The notes: generated from the letters alone by a model not told the origin. 64,000 nucleotides of DNA from an uncultured Lentisphaerales bacterium (GCA_943788985.1 CALSSJ010000012.1:222290-286289), one strand, 5' to 3'; counted from the first letter of the stretch, positions 41,855-53,032 are shown. Translations and numbers: made by a program.

Positions 41855-43207
41855 ATGAATGTCAATGCCACCACCCGTACCACGCTGGCTTGTACAGCAG
41901 CCGAGATCACCATCGCTGGCGCACGCATCGAATCGCGGGCCGGCTGGTACGCGATGCGAGAAGCTGCGACGCTGACTTGGACGGTCGAGGTTGAGGCGCC
42001 GGGCCAGTACGGCGTCGGCATTGCCTACTCATTGGCAGATAATGCTGCGCCGTACCAACTGCTGGTTGATGACTCGGTGAGCGGGGAAGGCGTCCTGGCC
42101 CGCACCGATGGCTACTTCGGTGACCAGCAGCCGTTGAAGAACTTCACGCTGTTTGAGCATCCTTCGCCACTGGTGTTGAGGGGCGCTGTGCTTCGGGTTT
42201 CGATCCGTATCGAGGCAGAAGGAGAGCCGCCGCCGCTGGGCTTTTGCGAACTGCGCCTGACCCCGGAAAGCGCGCTGGCAGCGCTGGCGGAGGAGGAGGG
42301 CAGGGCGGTCGCAGCGCGAGCGGATGTAAACTGGCTTCAGAACAGTGGCTACGGCCTGATGGTTCACTGGACATCGCAGACCCAGCCTCGCCGCGGCGCG
42401 CTGAAACCCTACGCTGAAGCGGTTGCCGATTTCGACGTGGCGGCCTTTGCCGAAACCGTCCGGGCCACAGGCGCGGCCTATGTGATCTTCACCGCCAATC
42501 ATGCCCAGCCCACTTTCCCGGGCCCCCTGAAGGAGTGGGAAGGCGTGTATCCGGGCTGGACCACAGAACGCGATCTGGTGGACGAGATGATTGAGGCGCT
42601 CGCAGCGCATGGCATCAAGTTCATACTATATCTGAATCTTTTTGTCGCTCACCGGGACTTCGGTGGCGCTGATTGCACGCAGGATTTCTTGGCGACGAGC
42701 TGTCGTTTGCTGGAGGAGATTGGCGAGCGCTACGGCGAACGCCTGCCAGGATACTGGATCGATAGCTGGCACGAGGCCTTTGGTCGTTTCGGTTCCATAC
42801 CAATGGAGCCGGTCTTTCGCGCGGCCAAAGCTGGTAACCCGGGGCGTCTGAGCTGCTTCAACTGGGGGATTCGTCCGATTGGTACGCCGTGGCAGGAGTA
42901 CTGGTCGGGCGAGACGGTGACGCCGGGCGATCTCCCCGCTGATCCGGCCAGCGGTCGCTTGCTCAGCGGCGCGGGGCAAGGTCTGAATGGGCACGCCCTG
43001 TTGATCATGGACGATTTCTGGGTCCACAAAGAGCCCGACACCGACATCGCTGCCCCGAGGCTGAGCAGCAACGAGCTGGTCGATTTCATCCAAGACTGCA
43101 AGGCGAAGAAGGCACCAGTTTCCATCAATCTCGGCATCTACCAAGACGGCAGCATTGCGCCGGCCACAGCTGAGATCATGAACAACGTGAAGAGAGGATT
43201 ACGATGA
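41855..43207 (+). CDS. Divergent GH29-like glycoside hydrolase with N-terminal beta-sandwich
   Basis: YGLMVHW, FD, GAAYVIFTANH, RDLV, GIKFILY, YWID, NLG..DGSI. Confidence 0.7.
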   Translation: MNVNATTRTTLACTAAEITIAGARIESRAGWYAMREAATLTWTVEVEAPGQYGVGIAYSLADNAAPYQLLVDDSVSGEGVLARTDGYFGDQQPLKNFTLFEHPSPLVLRGAVLRVSIRIEAEGEPPPLGFCELRLTPESALAALAEEEGRAVAARADVNWLQNSGYGLMVHWTSQTQPRRGALKPYAEAVADFDVAAFAETVRATGAAYVIFTANHAQPTFPGPLKEWEGVYPGWTTERDLVDEMIEALAAHGIKFILYLNLFVAHRDFGGADCTQDFLATSCRLLEEIGERYGERLPGYWIDSWHEAFGRFGSIPMEPVFRAAKAGNPGRLSCFNWGIRPIGTPWQEYWSGETVTPGDLPADPASGRLLSGAGQGLNGHALLIMDDFWVHKEPDTDIAAPRLSSNELVDFIQDCKAKKAPVSINLGIYQDGSIAPATAEIMNNVKRGLR

Positions 43208-44991
43208 AGAAGGACGAGCAGAAACATATTGATTTCATCACCGGGGCTTCGGGCGACCGGGCCTTCGGGAAGACGGAGAGATCCGCCTACACACCCGACA
43301 TACGAGCCAACATCGAGAAGCTGTACGAGGACAAGTTCGGCCTGTTCGTGCATTGGGGCCCTTATGCGCAGTTGGGCGGTGTCTGGCAGGGCGAGGAGGT
43401 CGCGGCTGAATGGATCATGAACCGGGCGAAGATCCCGGTAAAGGTCTATGAGGAACAGGCGGCGGGGCTGTTCACGCCGGAGCGCTTCAACGCCAAAGAC
43501 TGGGTGGATATTGCCGAGCAAGCGGGCATGAAGTTTATCGTGGTGACGGCGAAGCATCACGACGGCTTCGCCATGTATGGCTCGAAGCATCCTTATAACT
43601 TGGTGGACTTTGCGGATTTTGGCCGGGATGTCCTCAAGGAATTGGCAGAGGAATGCCGTCAGCGAGGCATGAAGTTGGGGTTCTACTACTCGCAGAGCCA
43701 GGACTGGCACGAAGAGGGGGCCGTCGGGAATATCTGGGATTTTCCGGCCAATGCCCGAGATGCGGGGTTTGATCCCTATTTCGAGGAAAAAGTGATGCCG
43801 CAGCTTGAGGAGCTGACCACGGAGTACGGTGATGTGTTCATGGTCTGGTTCGACACGCCGGTGCATATGAATGACAGGCACTGCGAAGCGCTGATGGCGC
43901 TGATCGCCAAGAACCAGCCGGGCGCACTGGTCAACTCGCGACTGGGCAACGGCTACGGGCATTTTGACGTCTCGATTGATGCTGGCAAACGGCCCAACGT
44001 CTGCAAGGCAGATTGGCTGCCCGACCTGAAGGTGCCGTGGCAGACCCACGAGACAGTCACCAAAGGGGGCTGGGGCTACACCACGTATGGGAGCGAAACA
44101 GACCGATCCGCCGACTATGCGGAACTAATCGGTCATGTCTGTAATGTGGTCTGCTACGGCGGCGTCTTCCTGCTGAACGTCGGGCCGCGCCCGGATGGCG
44201 TGATCCCACCCTCGCAGGTTTCCAGCCTGCGGGCCATCGGCGATTGGCTAACGGTGAACGGCGAGTCGATCTACGGCGCCGACCCAAGCCCCCTGGTCTT
44301 TCCACCCTACGCCATCACCAGCAAGCCCGGCAAGCTCTATCTGCACCTGCGAGAGATTCTGAACAACCAGGTGAGTCTTCAAGGAATCCTGACAGGGGTA
44401 ACCAAGGCCTATTGTCTGGCCGACCCCGCGCAGACGGCCCTGGATTTTAGTCAGGACGGAGCAGAGCTTGCGGTCACCGTGCCCGATGCGGCGATCCAGC
44501 TGCATGTCACCGTGATCGTGCTTGAGTTGGCCGCAGAGCAGGCCCAGGTGGCCGACGAGACCTTGCAGCAGAATGCCGATGGCAGCATTGAGCTACCGGC
44601 CGAGAGCTGCGAGTTCGCCGTCCGCCGCACCAGCTACGACTACGACCGCAAGGTCACCGTGCGCTGGGGCGAGCACCCCTTGCAGGGCTTGCTCTGGACG
44701 GTGAATGTCAGCGCGCCTGGCGAATTCTGCGTCATCAGCGAAGATTCGGGCGATGAACGGCTGGAGTACGAGCTGATCACCCGGGACGACACCTTGATGC
44801 TCAATGCCTTAAGCGGTGAGGTCGGCGTGCTGAGCAAGAAGCCCCAGACCGGGACGATTCGCATCGAGCAGGCTGGGCGCCAGCAGATCGTGGTTTACCC
44901 GAGAGTGACCGCCAGGCTCAACTGGAGCTACAACTTCAAGGGGCTGGAGCTGGTGCCCGTCCACGAAGGGGGAGAGGTGCGACGTCATTGA
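43204..44991 (+). CDS. GH29 alpha-L-fucosidase with C-terminal domain
   Basis: KFGLFVHWG, TAKHHDGF, GFYYS, WFD, LLNVGP, W..NGESIYG. Confidence 0.92.
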   Translation: MKKDEQKHIDFITGASGDRAFGKTERSAYTPDIRANIEKLYEDKFGLFVHWGPYAQLGGVWQGEEVAAEWIMNRAKIPVKVYEEQAAGLFTPERFNAKDWVDIAEQAGMKFIVVTAKHHDGFAMYGSKHPYNLVDFADFGRDVLKELAEECRQRGMKLGFYYSQSQDWHEEGAVGNIWDFPANARDAGFDPYFEEKVMPQLEELTTEYGDVFMVWFDTPVHMNDRHCEALMALIAKNQPGALVNSRLGNGYGHFDVSIDAGKRPNVCKADWLPDLKVPWQTHETVTKGGWGYTTYGSETDRSADYAELIGHVCNVVCYGGVFLLNVGPRPDGVIPPSQVSSLRAIGDWLTVNGESIYGADPSPLVFPPYAITSKPGKLYLHLREILNNQVSLQGILTGVTKAYCLADPAQTALDFSQDGAELAVTVPDAAIQLHVTVIVLELAAEQAQVADETLQQNADGSIELPAESCEFAVRRTSYDYDRKVTVRWGEHPLQGLLWTVNVSAPGEFCVISEDSGDERLEYELITRDDTLMLNALSGEVGVLSKKPQTGTIRIEQAGRQQIVVYPRVTARLNWSYNFKGLELVPVHEGGEVRRH

Positions 44992-45225
44992 TGCCGTCAA
45001 TCTGATCAACGATGTGAATAGGCTCGCGAACAACTCCCTGGTTCTTGAAAATGTGATCGAAAAAATCACATACACTCGACTTGCCTTGAATCCTGACGCT
45101 CTGCTCCCCATCCACTTCGACAAAAACGCTAAGTTTTCCCTGCCGCGTAGCCCAGGGGCTGATCTGCCTCCTGTGATTCGCCTTTTCCTGAAGTAGCCCC
45201 CACAAACAGCAAGGACACTCGCAGA

Positions 45226-46618
45226 ATGATCTCCAGAATCCTACCACTCTTCCTAGCGCTTTTGTGTGCTGCGACCCAGCACGCCATTGCCGAGCGTCCC
45301 AATGTCATCCTCTGTATGTCTGACGATCAGGGCTGGGGGGACGTCGGCTACAACGGGCATCCGGTCCTCCGGACGCCGCACCTCAATCAGATGGCGAGAG
45401 AGGGCATCCGCTTTGATCGCTTCTATGCAACTTCACCGGTCTGTTCGCCCACCCGTGCCGCCTGCCTCACTGGGCGTCATCCCTACCGGCACGGGATTCC
45501 GTTCGCCAATATCGGCAAACTGATGAAAGAGGAAATCACCTTGCCCGAAGCGCTTCAGGACCAGGGCTATGCGACGGGCCATTTCGGTAAATGGCATTTG
45601 GGCTCACTGACCACTACAATCAAGGATGGGCATCGTGGTCGCCCCGGTAGCACAGCTGTCTATTCCCCACCATGGGAAAACGGCTACGACGAGTGTTTTG
45701 TCGCGGAGTCCGGGGTCCATACCTACCATCACGAGGGCTCTTACGAGGCTCTTGGAACCCATTACTGGACCGGCTTGGATCAGATGGTTCCTGCAGCAGA
45801 AATCTCCGGCGATGATTCAAAACTGATCATGGATCGGGCTCTTAGCTTCTTGGAGAAAGCGGCTGGCACGGAGACTCCGTTTCTTGCCGTGATCTGGTTC
45901 CATACGCCGCATCAGCCGGTCGTCTCGGCCCCGCCCTATACGGATGGCTATGAGGAACACAAGGACTACTATGGCTGCCTCACCGCAATGGACGAACAGA
46001 TGGGCCGTCTGCGCGCCAAGCTGAAAGGCCTCGGGGTCGAGGATAATACCATGCTGTGGTTCTGCTCGGACAACGGGCCGACTAAGGTTAAAAACAGCTG
46101 GGGAAGTACGGGCGGCTTGAAGGGCGGCAAGCGGTCTCTTTATGAGGGGGGGCGTGCGCGTCCCGGGCCTGCTGATTTGGCCGCGGCTGATCGAACAGCC
46201 CCGTGTCGTCTCGATGTCGTGCAGTACGAGTGATTATTTCCCCACCGTGCTCGATGCGTTGGGCCTTCAGCTTCCCGACAGGCCCTATGATGGCATCAGC
46301 CTGCTGCCGCTGATTAAGGGCGAGATGAGCGAGCGACCGAAGCCTTTGTACTTTGAGCACTGCTTTCGGCAGTCGTTAGCCTTTGTCGATGATAACCCAG
46401 AGAATCAGACGGCGGTGATTGAGAATCGCTACAAGTTGCTCAGCATCGACGGGGAGAAAACCTACCAACTATTCGATCTGCTCGAGGACCGGGAAGAACG
46501 AAAGAATATTGCCGCACAGCACCCGGAGATGGTCCAGCGCATGCTGCGAGAACTCGAGGTGTGGCGCGAATCGTGGCGCGAGAGCGCCGCCGGCAAAGAC
46601 TATGGGAGTAGGCCGTGA
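45226..46618 (+). CDS. S1 sulfatase, +1 frameshift in G7 run ~46150
   Basis: RPNVILCMSDDQGWGD, CSPTRAACLTG, GKWHLG, SDNG, LYEGGVRVP. Confidence 0.9.
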
Positions 46619-48252
46619 GCCAAGGCGAGGGCACCCGAATCCTGTCGCTCTTCCTGGCCCTGCTCTGCGCTGCGGCTCTGAACGCGCTCGCCGCCCAGCC
46701 CAATGTTCTGGTGATTCTGACCGATGACCACCGGGCAGACTATCTGGGGTGTCAGGGCCATCCCATCGTCAAGACCCCTCATATCGACCGGCTGGCGGCC
46801 GAAGGCGTTCGTTTCCGAGAGGCGTTTGTGACCTCGGCCGCGTGCACGCCCAATCGCACCTGCCTGCTGACGGGGCAGTACGAGCGCAAGCATGGCGTGA
46901 CCTTCGGGTCGGCGAGTAGCCTGACCGAAGAGGCCTTCGCCGAGACTTATCCGATGCAGCTGCGTCAGGCTGGCTACTACGTCGGCTACGTGGGCAAGAA
47001 CCACACGCCGATTGGTGCCGGAGCCGGGATCAACAAGAAGCCAAAGATGACGACGCAACAGCTTGCCAAGGCAAAGCCGCATCTGGGCTACCATAACGGC
47101 GTGATGGAGGGGGGCTTCGATTACTGGTACGGCAATCATAACCATTCTACCTTTTATCCGAAATGGCGTCACCCGATTTACCTGAATTCCAGGGCAAATA
47201 CCCAGGTTGAGATCTTCCAGGAAGGCGCGCTGAGCTTTCTGAAGCCCGATCCTGAATTTGCCGGGGCCAAGGACTTTCTGCGGACCAAGCCAGCGGACAA
47301 GCCGTTCTGCCTGCTGGTGAATGTCAACGTGCCGCACGGGGCAGGTACCAGCAGCATGAAACAGCTCCCGGGGGATCCCGACCTCTACAAGACCACCTAC
47401 CGCGACCAGATCGACCAGATGCCCCTGCCGGAGACCTACATCGCCAAGGCGGAGATCAAGACGCCGAAGATCCCTAAGCACGTTTACAGCGCGGTGACCA
47501 TCCCATCCTATGACTATGTCCAGACCCCGGAGGCACTGCGCGAACGAATCGTGCGCACTTGCCAGACGGTGACGGGTGTGGATCGCTTGGTCGGCGCTCT
47601 GGTAGCCGAGTTGAAAGCGCAGGGCCTTTACGAGAATACGCTGATCGTCTTCACTTCAGATCACGGATTGCTGTTTGGGGAGCACGGCTTAGGGGGCAAG
47701 GTGCTGCTGTATGAAGACGCGCTCCGCGTGCCGCTGATCATCGTCGATCCCCGTCTGCCCGCCGCGCGTCGAGGCACGGTCGTGGATGAACTGGCGTTGT
47801 CCATCGACATCGCGCCGACGATTCTGGAAGCAGCCGGAGCGCCCACCCCGCAGGAAATGCAGGGCAAGAGCCTGACTCCCATCATGCGGCAAGAGGCCGG
47901 TGCGTGGCGGGACGATTTCTTCTGCGAAAACATGTTTATGGGCCAGTTCTACCCGCGCATCGAAGGCGTACGCAGCAAGACCTACAAGTACATGCGCTAC
48001 TTCGACAAGAAGAAGGACAAGCTGCACATCCAGGCTCTGACTGCCTCGATCAAGGGCGAGGAGCCCATCTACGAGGAACTATACGACATGAAAGCCGACC
48101 CGCGGGAAACCAGGAACTTGGCTGAGCTGCCGTCGCATGCCGAGATTCTGGCACAGTACCAGGCGCGCTGCCAGGAGTTGGTCGTCAATGCCAAAGGCGG
48201 CGACGACTATCCGAAGACGCACCGAATGACGCACATGCGGGGCAGAAGGTAG
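46615..48252 (+). CDS. S1 sulfatase
   Basis: PNVLVILTDD, CTPNRTCLLTG, GKNH, TSDHG, GGKVLLYE, EELYD..DP.E. Confidence 0.93.
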   Translation: MSQGEGTRILSLFLALLCAAALNALAAQPNVLVILTDDHRADYLGCQGHPIVKTPHIDRLAAEGVRFREAFVTSAACTPNRTCLLTGQYERKHGVTFGSASSLTEEAFAETYPMQLRQAGYYVGYVGKNHTPIGAGAGINKKPKMTTQQLAKAKPHLGYHNGVMEGGFDYWYGNHNHSTFYPKWRHPIYLNSRANTQVEIFQEGALSFLKPDPEFAGAKDFLRTKPADKPFCLLVNVNVPHGAGTSSMKQLPGDPDLYKTTYRDQIDQMPLPETYIAKAEIKTPKIPKHVYSAVTIPSYDYVQTPEALRERIVRTCQTVTGVDRLVGALVAELKAQGLYENTLIVFTSDHGLLFGEHGLGGKVLLYEDALRVPLIIVDPRLPAARRGTVVDELALSIDIAPTILEAAGAPTPQEMQGKSLTPIMRQEAGAWRDDFFCENMFMGQFYPRIEGVRSKTYKYMRYFDKKKDKLHIQALTASIKGEEPIYEELYDMKADPRETRNLAELPSHAEILAQYQARCQELVVNAKGGDDYPKTHRMTHMRGRR

Positions 48253-48289
48253 GCGATGAGGCGGCGCAGAGAATGGGACGTGACCGGAT

Positions 48290-48354
48290 TGACGTCAGTG
48301 ACGTCACTCACAGCAGTTACTAACGTCAATACAGTCAACAATGTCAGCACAGTC
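48290..48354. repeat. Degenerate 9-bp-period GTCA repeat tract
   Basis: GTCA/GTTA/GTCT at 48294, 48303, 48316, 48325, 48334, 48343, 48352; two TGACGTCA palindromes. Confidence 0.6.
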
Positions 48355-48383
48355 TCTCCCAAACCAACAGGACACACCGCACC

Positions 48384-51300
48384 ATGACCATCCGAATTCT
48401 GCTACTCTTCCTGGCCCTGCTATGTGCGGCGGCCGCACCGGCCTTGGCCGCCCGGCCCAATGTTGTCCTGATCATGACTGATGATCAGGGCTACGGCGAC
48501 CTTGCCTGCCATGGCAACCCGGTCCTCAAAACACCAAATCTCGATCAGCTGCACTCCGAGTCAATTCGATTGACCAACTTTCACGTCAGCCCCTTCTGCA
48601 CCCCCACCCGCGCGGCCCTGATGACCGGCCGCTACCCTGCCCGCACCGGGGCCTTCCGCACTTCCAGCGGCCGCAGCAACCTGCACGCTGATGAGCTCAC
48701 CATCGCCCAGCACTTCGCCAAGGCGGGTTATAGCACCGGCATGATCGGCAAGTGGCACCTCGGTGACAACGCCCCCTGCCGCCCACAGGACAAAGGCTTC
48801 CAGGATGTCCTCTGGCACAAATGCGGCGGCATCGGCCAGGCCTCTGACTACTACGGCAATGACTACTTCGATGACACCTACGAGCGTTCCCTTGACGGAA
48901 AGGTAAGCCAGGAAAAATTCAAGGGTTACTGCACCGACGTCTTCTTTGATGAGTCCCTGCGCTTCGTGCGAGGAGAACAAGGACAAACCCTTCCTGCTCT
49001 ACGTCTCCACCAACGCCCCGCACAGCCCCTACCGCGTCCGGCAAGCAATGGTCAGCGCCCTACCGGGATAGCGTCAAGTGGAAGTGGGGTGCCGAGTTCT
49101 ACGGCATGATCACCAACTCTCGATCACAACCTCGGGCTGACTGCGCGAACAAACTCTGCGTGCTCTACAATCGGCTGACAACACCATCCTCATCTTCCTG
49201 ACCGACAACGGCACGTCTGCCAAAGGCAACGTTGCTCGGCAAAGGACTGCTCGAGAAAGGAGACTATCCGCGGCTTCACCGCCGGCATGCGAGGCGTCAA
49301 GTCCACGGTGTACGAGGGGGGCCACCGAGTGCCATTTTTCATTCACTGGCCTGCTGGTGGTGTCCAAGGAGGCGAAGATCGTGCCCAGCTGACCGCGCAC
49401 TTGGATGTGTTACCGACTCTGGCCGAGCTCTGTGGATTTTCTCTGGCGGATTCAGTGACACTCGATGGCGCTTCATTTACCAACGTCTTGCACGATGCCA
49501 GTGCGCCGGCGCCACGGGACCATTACATCACCCAGCTACACGGCGGTGCCCGATTCGTCAGCGAACCCAAGCCCTTTCTCACATCCTGCGTGGTAAAGGA
49601 CGACTGGCGGCTTCTCGACGGCGAAAAGCTCTTTAATCTTAGGGAAGACCCGACGCAGAGCCGGAATGTTGCGGAACGACACTCGGACGTAGTGGCGAAA
49701 CTGCGCGCACTTTACCTGAAATATTGGACTTCGGTCTCCCCGCGAATGACGCCGGTCGCCCTCGACCTCGGTCATCCCGCAGAAAACCCCACCACGCTCT
49801 GTGCCCAAGACTGGTATCTGACGACCGGCAATCCGCCATGGAACTTCAGCGAGATCAATCGGCTCAAGCGCATCACCGGCCCCTGGCACGTCGATGTCGT
49901 CCAGGCCCGGCACCTATCGATTCACCCTGCGCCAGTTCCCCGCAGTCGCCGATAGACCCCGCGTCAAAGCCGTGCGCGCTAAGCTCCAGCATCGCCGGTA
50001 TCGAGAAAGAATGCCCCGGTCGAACACGGCGCCAAAGCAACGCCGCCGTTTTCGACCCTCGAGCTACCCGCCGGGCCAACCACCCTCGACCACCTGGCTT
50101 CACCATCGACAAAGGCTGAAGCTGGCGGCGCCTACTTCACCGAGGTCGAGCTGGCTCAGCGCGCCGCCGCATCGACCCCTACGAGTTCCACGCCTGCCCG
50201 GGCTGACTGGCTCGATCGAGGATAAATTTGGCCTCTTCATCCACTGGGGCCTCTACTCCCAGATCGCCAAGGGCGAGTGGTACATGCACTCCAGGAAGGT
50301 CCCCATCGAGGAATACTCCAAGCTCGCCGAAACCTGCAACCCGACCAAGTTCAGCGCCACCGAGTGGGTCAAGATCGCCAAAGACGCCGGCATGAAATAT
50401 ATCGTCATCACCAGCAAACACCACGACGGCTTCGCCCTGTTCGACTCCCAAGTCAGCGACTACAACATCGTCGATGCCACCCCCTTCAAACGCGACATGA
50501 TCGCCGAGCTCAAGGCCGCCTGTGACGCGCAGGGCATCAAGCTCGGCCTTTACTACTCCCACGCCCAGGACTGGTACCACCGTGGCGGATCACACCACTA
50601 CAACTGGAAAAACCCCTCCGGCATGGACGAGATGCAGCACTACCTCAACAACATCTCCCTGCCCCAGGTCAAAGAAATCCTCACTCAATACCAGCCCGCC
50701 ATCATTTGGTATGACACCCCCCGCCGCATGACCCCCGCCCTGCAGAGCCCTTCTCCAAGCTCGTGCGTGAAATCAGCCCCAGCACCCTGATCAACAGCCG
50801 CATTGCCCTCGATGGCAACAAGATGGACAAGGTTAGCCAAAAGGACCTCGACATGCTCAAGAGCCTCGACACCGATTACATCTCCTACGCCGACCGCGAG
50901 ATCCCCGCCAACAGCCCATGGAAACATTGGGAAACCTGCATGACCCTCAACGGCTCTTGGGGATTTACCAAGGGCGACAACGCCTGGAAAACCCCCAGCC
51001 ACGTCATCCAACAACTGCTCGAAGTAGTCAGTAAAAACGGCGCCTTCCTGCTCAACGTCGGCCCCACTGCCGAGGGAGAATTCCCCGCAGAATCCGTCAC
51101 CGTGCTCAAACAAGTCGGTGACTGGCTTAAGCTCAACGGCGACGCCGTCTACGGTGCCCAACCCGTCTCCTTCAACCTCCCCGGCACTCCCACCGCAGAA
51201 TCCCTCAAACGCAAAGCCGACAAGGAAAGCCCGCTTCGCCAAGCTCAAACGAGACGCCCCCCACACATCGCTCGAGCGAGACTTCCCCTGGCTCGCCACC

Positions 51301-51516
51301 CGCAAAGGCGACACCATCTACATCACCCTCTTTGAGTGGCCTGGCGACACCTTCCGGGTAGAGGGCTTCAAGCACGAAATCCGCCAAGCCGCCTTAGCAT
51401 CTGACCTGGCGGTAACGTTGGCTGTCGTCCTCCAGGGCGAGACGCTGACCGTAACCTTACCGGAAAAAAGCCCTGGTAAGTTACCTATCGTCCTTTGTCT
51501 GACTCTTGGTGAGTAG
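48384..51516 (+). CDS. Arylsulfatase followed by GH29 fucosidase, probably one fusion gene, multiply frameshifted
   Basis: [34 protein letters not shown], then [34 protein letters not shown]; no evident RBS, start or signal peptide for the GH29 part. Confidence 0.75.
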
Positions 51517-51592
51517 GCAGTTTGGGCCTTTCCGCCTATCGGCTGAAAGGCCCACAGCAGATACGATGAACCAAGTAATGGAGGAAATTTCA

Positions 51593-52396
51593 ATGACTAT
51601 GACAAAACCATGGCTCGGTCGTCGCGGATTTACCCTCATCGAATTGCTGGTGGTGATTGCGATCATCGCAATCCTGGCCAGTCTGCTGTTGCCTTCATTG
51701 AGCCTGGCGAGAGAGAAGGGCCGGGCTACATCTTGCAAGTCGAACCTCAGACAACTTGGGCTGGGAATCGCGATGTACGCGGACGATAGCGCCGGTGTGT
51801 TGCCGCGAGGATTCGAGGACATCCCCTGGAGAGGGTGGGATGACGACATCTTTGAGTATATTGGCGGCAGCGCCAAGACCGAAGTCGAGAGGAACAGGTA
51901 CTACTATCTCCCGGAAGACGCGCTTAAAAGCGTATGGTGCCCCTCGGCGAAGAGCCCTCGATTTGCCGCCAATACCTATCCCCGAAATCACTATGCCATG
52001 CCGGCCCTGAACGCCCGCTTCGGCAGACACTATTTTGGTGAGAGAAAAGCACAAGCTTCCGACTGGGCGCTCGAGGGCAGGACCCTCTCTATGATCGAGG
52101 AGCCAGTTGGTACGATCGCGCTTACAGAAGTCGATTCAGAGTCGACTGGCTTGCTGCTCGGGCAGGTAAATACGGTTCGTTCTCCCGAACAGCAACTTGC
52201 GGCCCGAGGAAATGGCAACTTCAACCCGGCCAGCAATCCAGTAAACCATACGCTGGCTTTGCATGGCCAAGGTCGGGTGAATTATCAGTTTGCGGATGGA
52301 CACGTGGCACTGTATCACGCCTACGACTCAGAACTTGTCGGTACTGGGGACCCAATCACCCCCAAAGGCGCTTGGACTATCGAGGCAGGCGATTAA
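51593..52396 (+). CDS. Prepilin-type N-terminal cleavage/methylation protein with H-X9-DG motif
   Basis: [52 protein letters not shown]. Confidence 0.93.
   Translation: MTMTKPWLGRRGFTLIELLVVIAIIAILASLLLPSLSLAREKGRATSCKSNLRQLGLGIAMYADDSAGVLPRGFEDIPWRGWDDDIFEYIGGSAKTEVERNRYYYLPEDALKSVWCPSAKSPRFAANTYPRNHYAMPALNARFGRHYFGERKAQASDWALEGRTLSMIEEPVGTIALTEVDSESTGLLLGQVNTVRSPEQQLAARGNGNFNPASNPVNHTLALHGQGRVNYQFADGHVALYHAYDSELVGTGDPITPKGAWTIEAGD
52184..52390 (+). repeat. 207-bp direct repeat, copy 1
   Basis: Matches 55334-55540 with 3 mismatches. Confidence 0.95.
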
Positions 52397-53032
52397 GGGC
52401 CCGGACGGCACCGGGGGCATTCCCCAAGGGGCCGTCACCTCCCTGTTGGGAGCCGGCGAATGGCTGAAGTTCAACAGCGAGGCGATCTACGGAACCAAAA
52501 CCTCAGGGATCTTGAGCCGGCGGAAATACTGACGGTACCGGTGGGCCCCAATGTGGGAGGGTCTGTCCCAGCCGCGACCCGTTTTGTCACATGGCACCGG
52601 TCGCCGCTGAGGACAGCGCCTCCCACATTGAGCCCCGCCGGTACCACTGACATTTTCCGAACCATCCCATCGATTCTCGCTCAGCGGAGGTGCAGGGATC
52701 AAGATTTCTGAACCTGGACCGTGCCCCATGAGGGCGACGAGGTGCAGATCAAGGGCACCCGGGACCGCTTCCTGGGTGGCTTTAATCATACCTTTGCTGC
52801 TGACGACTTCTGGTTCACGCGCAAGGAGGACACGGTCTATGTGATTGCCCTGGGCCGACCGGCGGACGGCCGCATTGCCGTCAAGGCCATCAAGGGGCTT
52901 GCCATACGCAGCATCCGCCTACTGGGAACCACAGGTGACCTCTCGTGGGCAGAAACACCCGACGCCGTCGAGATCAACCTGCCCGCCTGGAGTGATGACG
53001 GTCTGGGCTATGCTCTCGAGATCACATGCTAG
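52397..53032 (+). pseudogene. GH29 C-terminal remnant interrupted by a hairpin element
   Basis: GPDGTGGIP..GEWLKFNSEAIYGT, then FWFTRKEDTVYVI...IRLLG...EINLP. Confidence 0.75.
52534..52645. repeat. REP-doublet (REPIN-like) hairpin
   Basis: Left arm GGTACCGGTGGGCCCCAATGTGGGAGGGTCTGTCCCAGCCGCGACC; right-arm reverse complement GGTACCGGCGGGGCTCAATGTGGGAGGCGCTGTCCTCAGCGGCGACC. Confidence 0.7.

Noticed and set aside
45052..45070. CRP/FNR site
   Set aside because: TGTGA..TCACA spacing is 9 nt, not the canonical 6; kept only as a generic palindrome.
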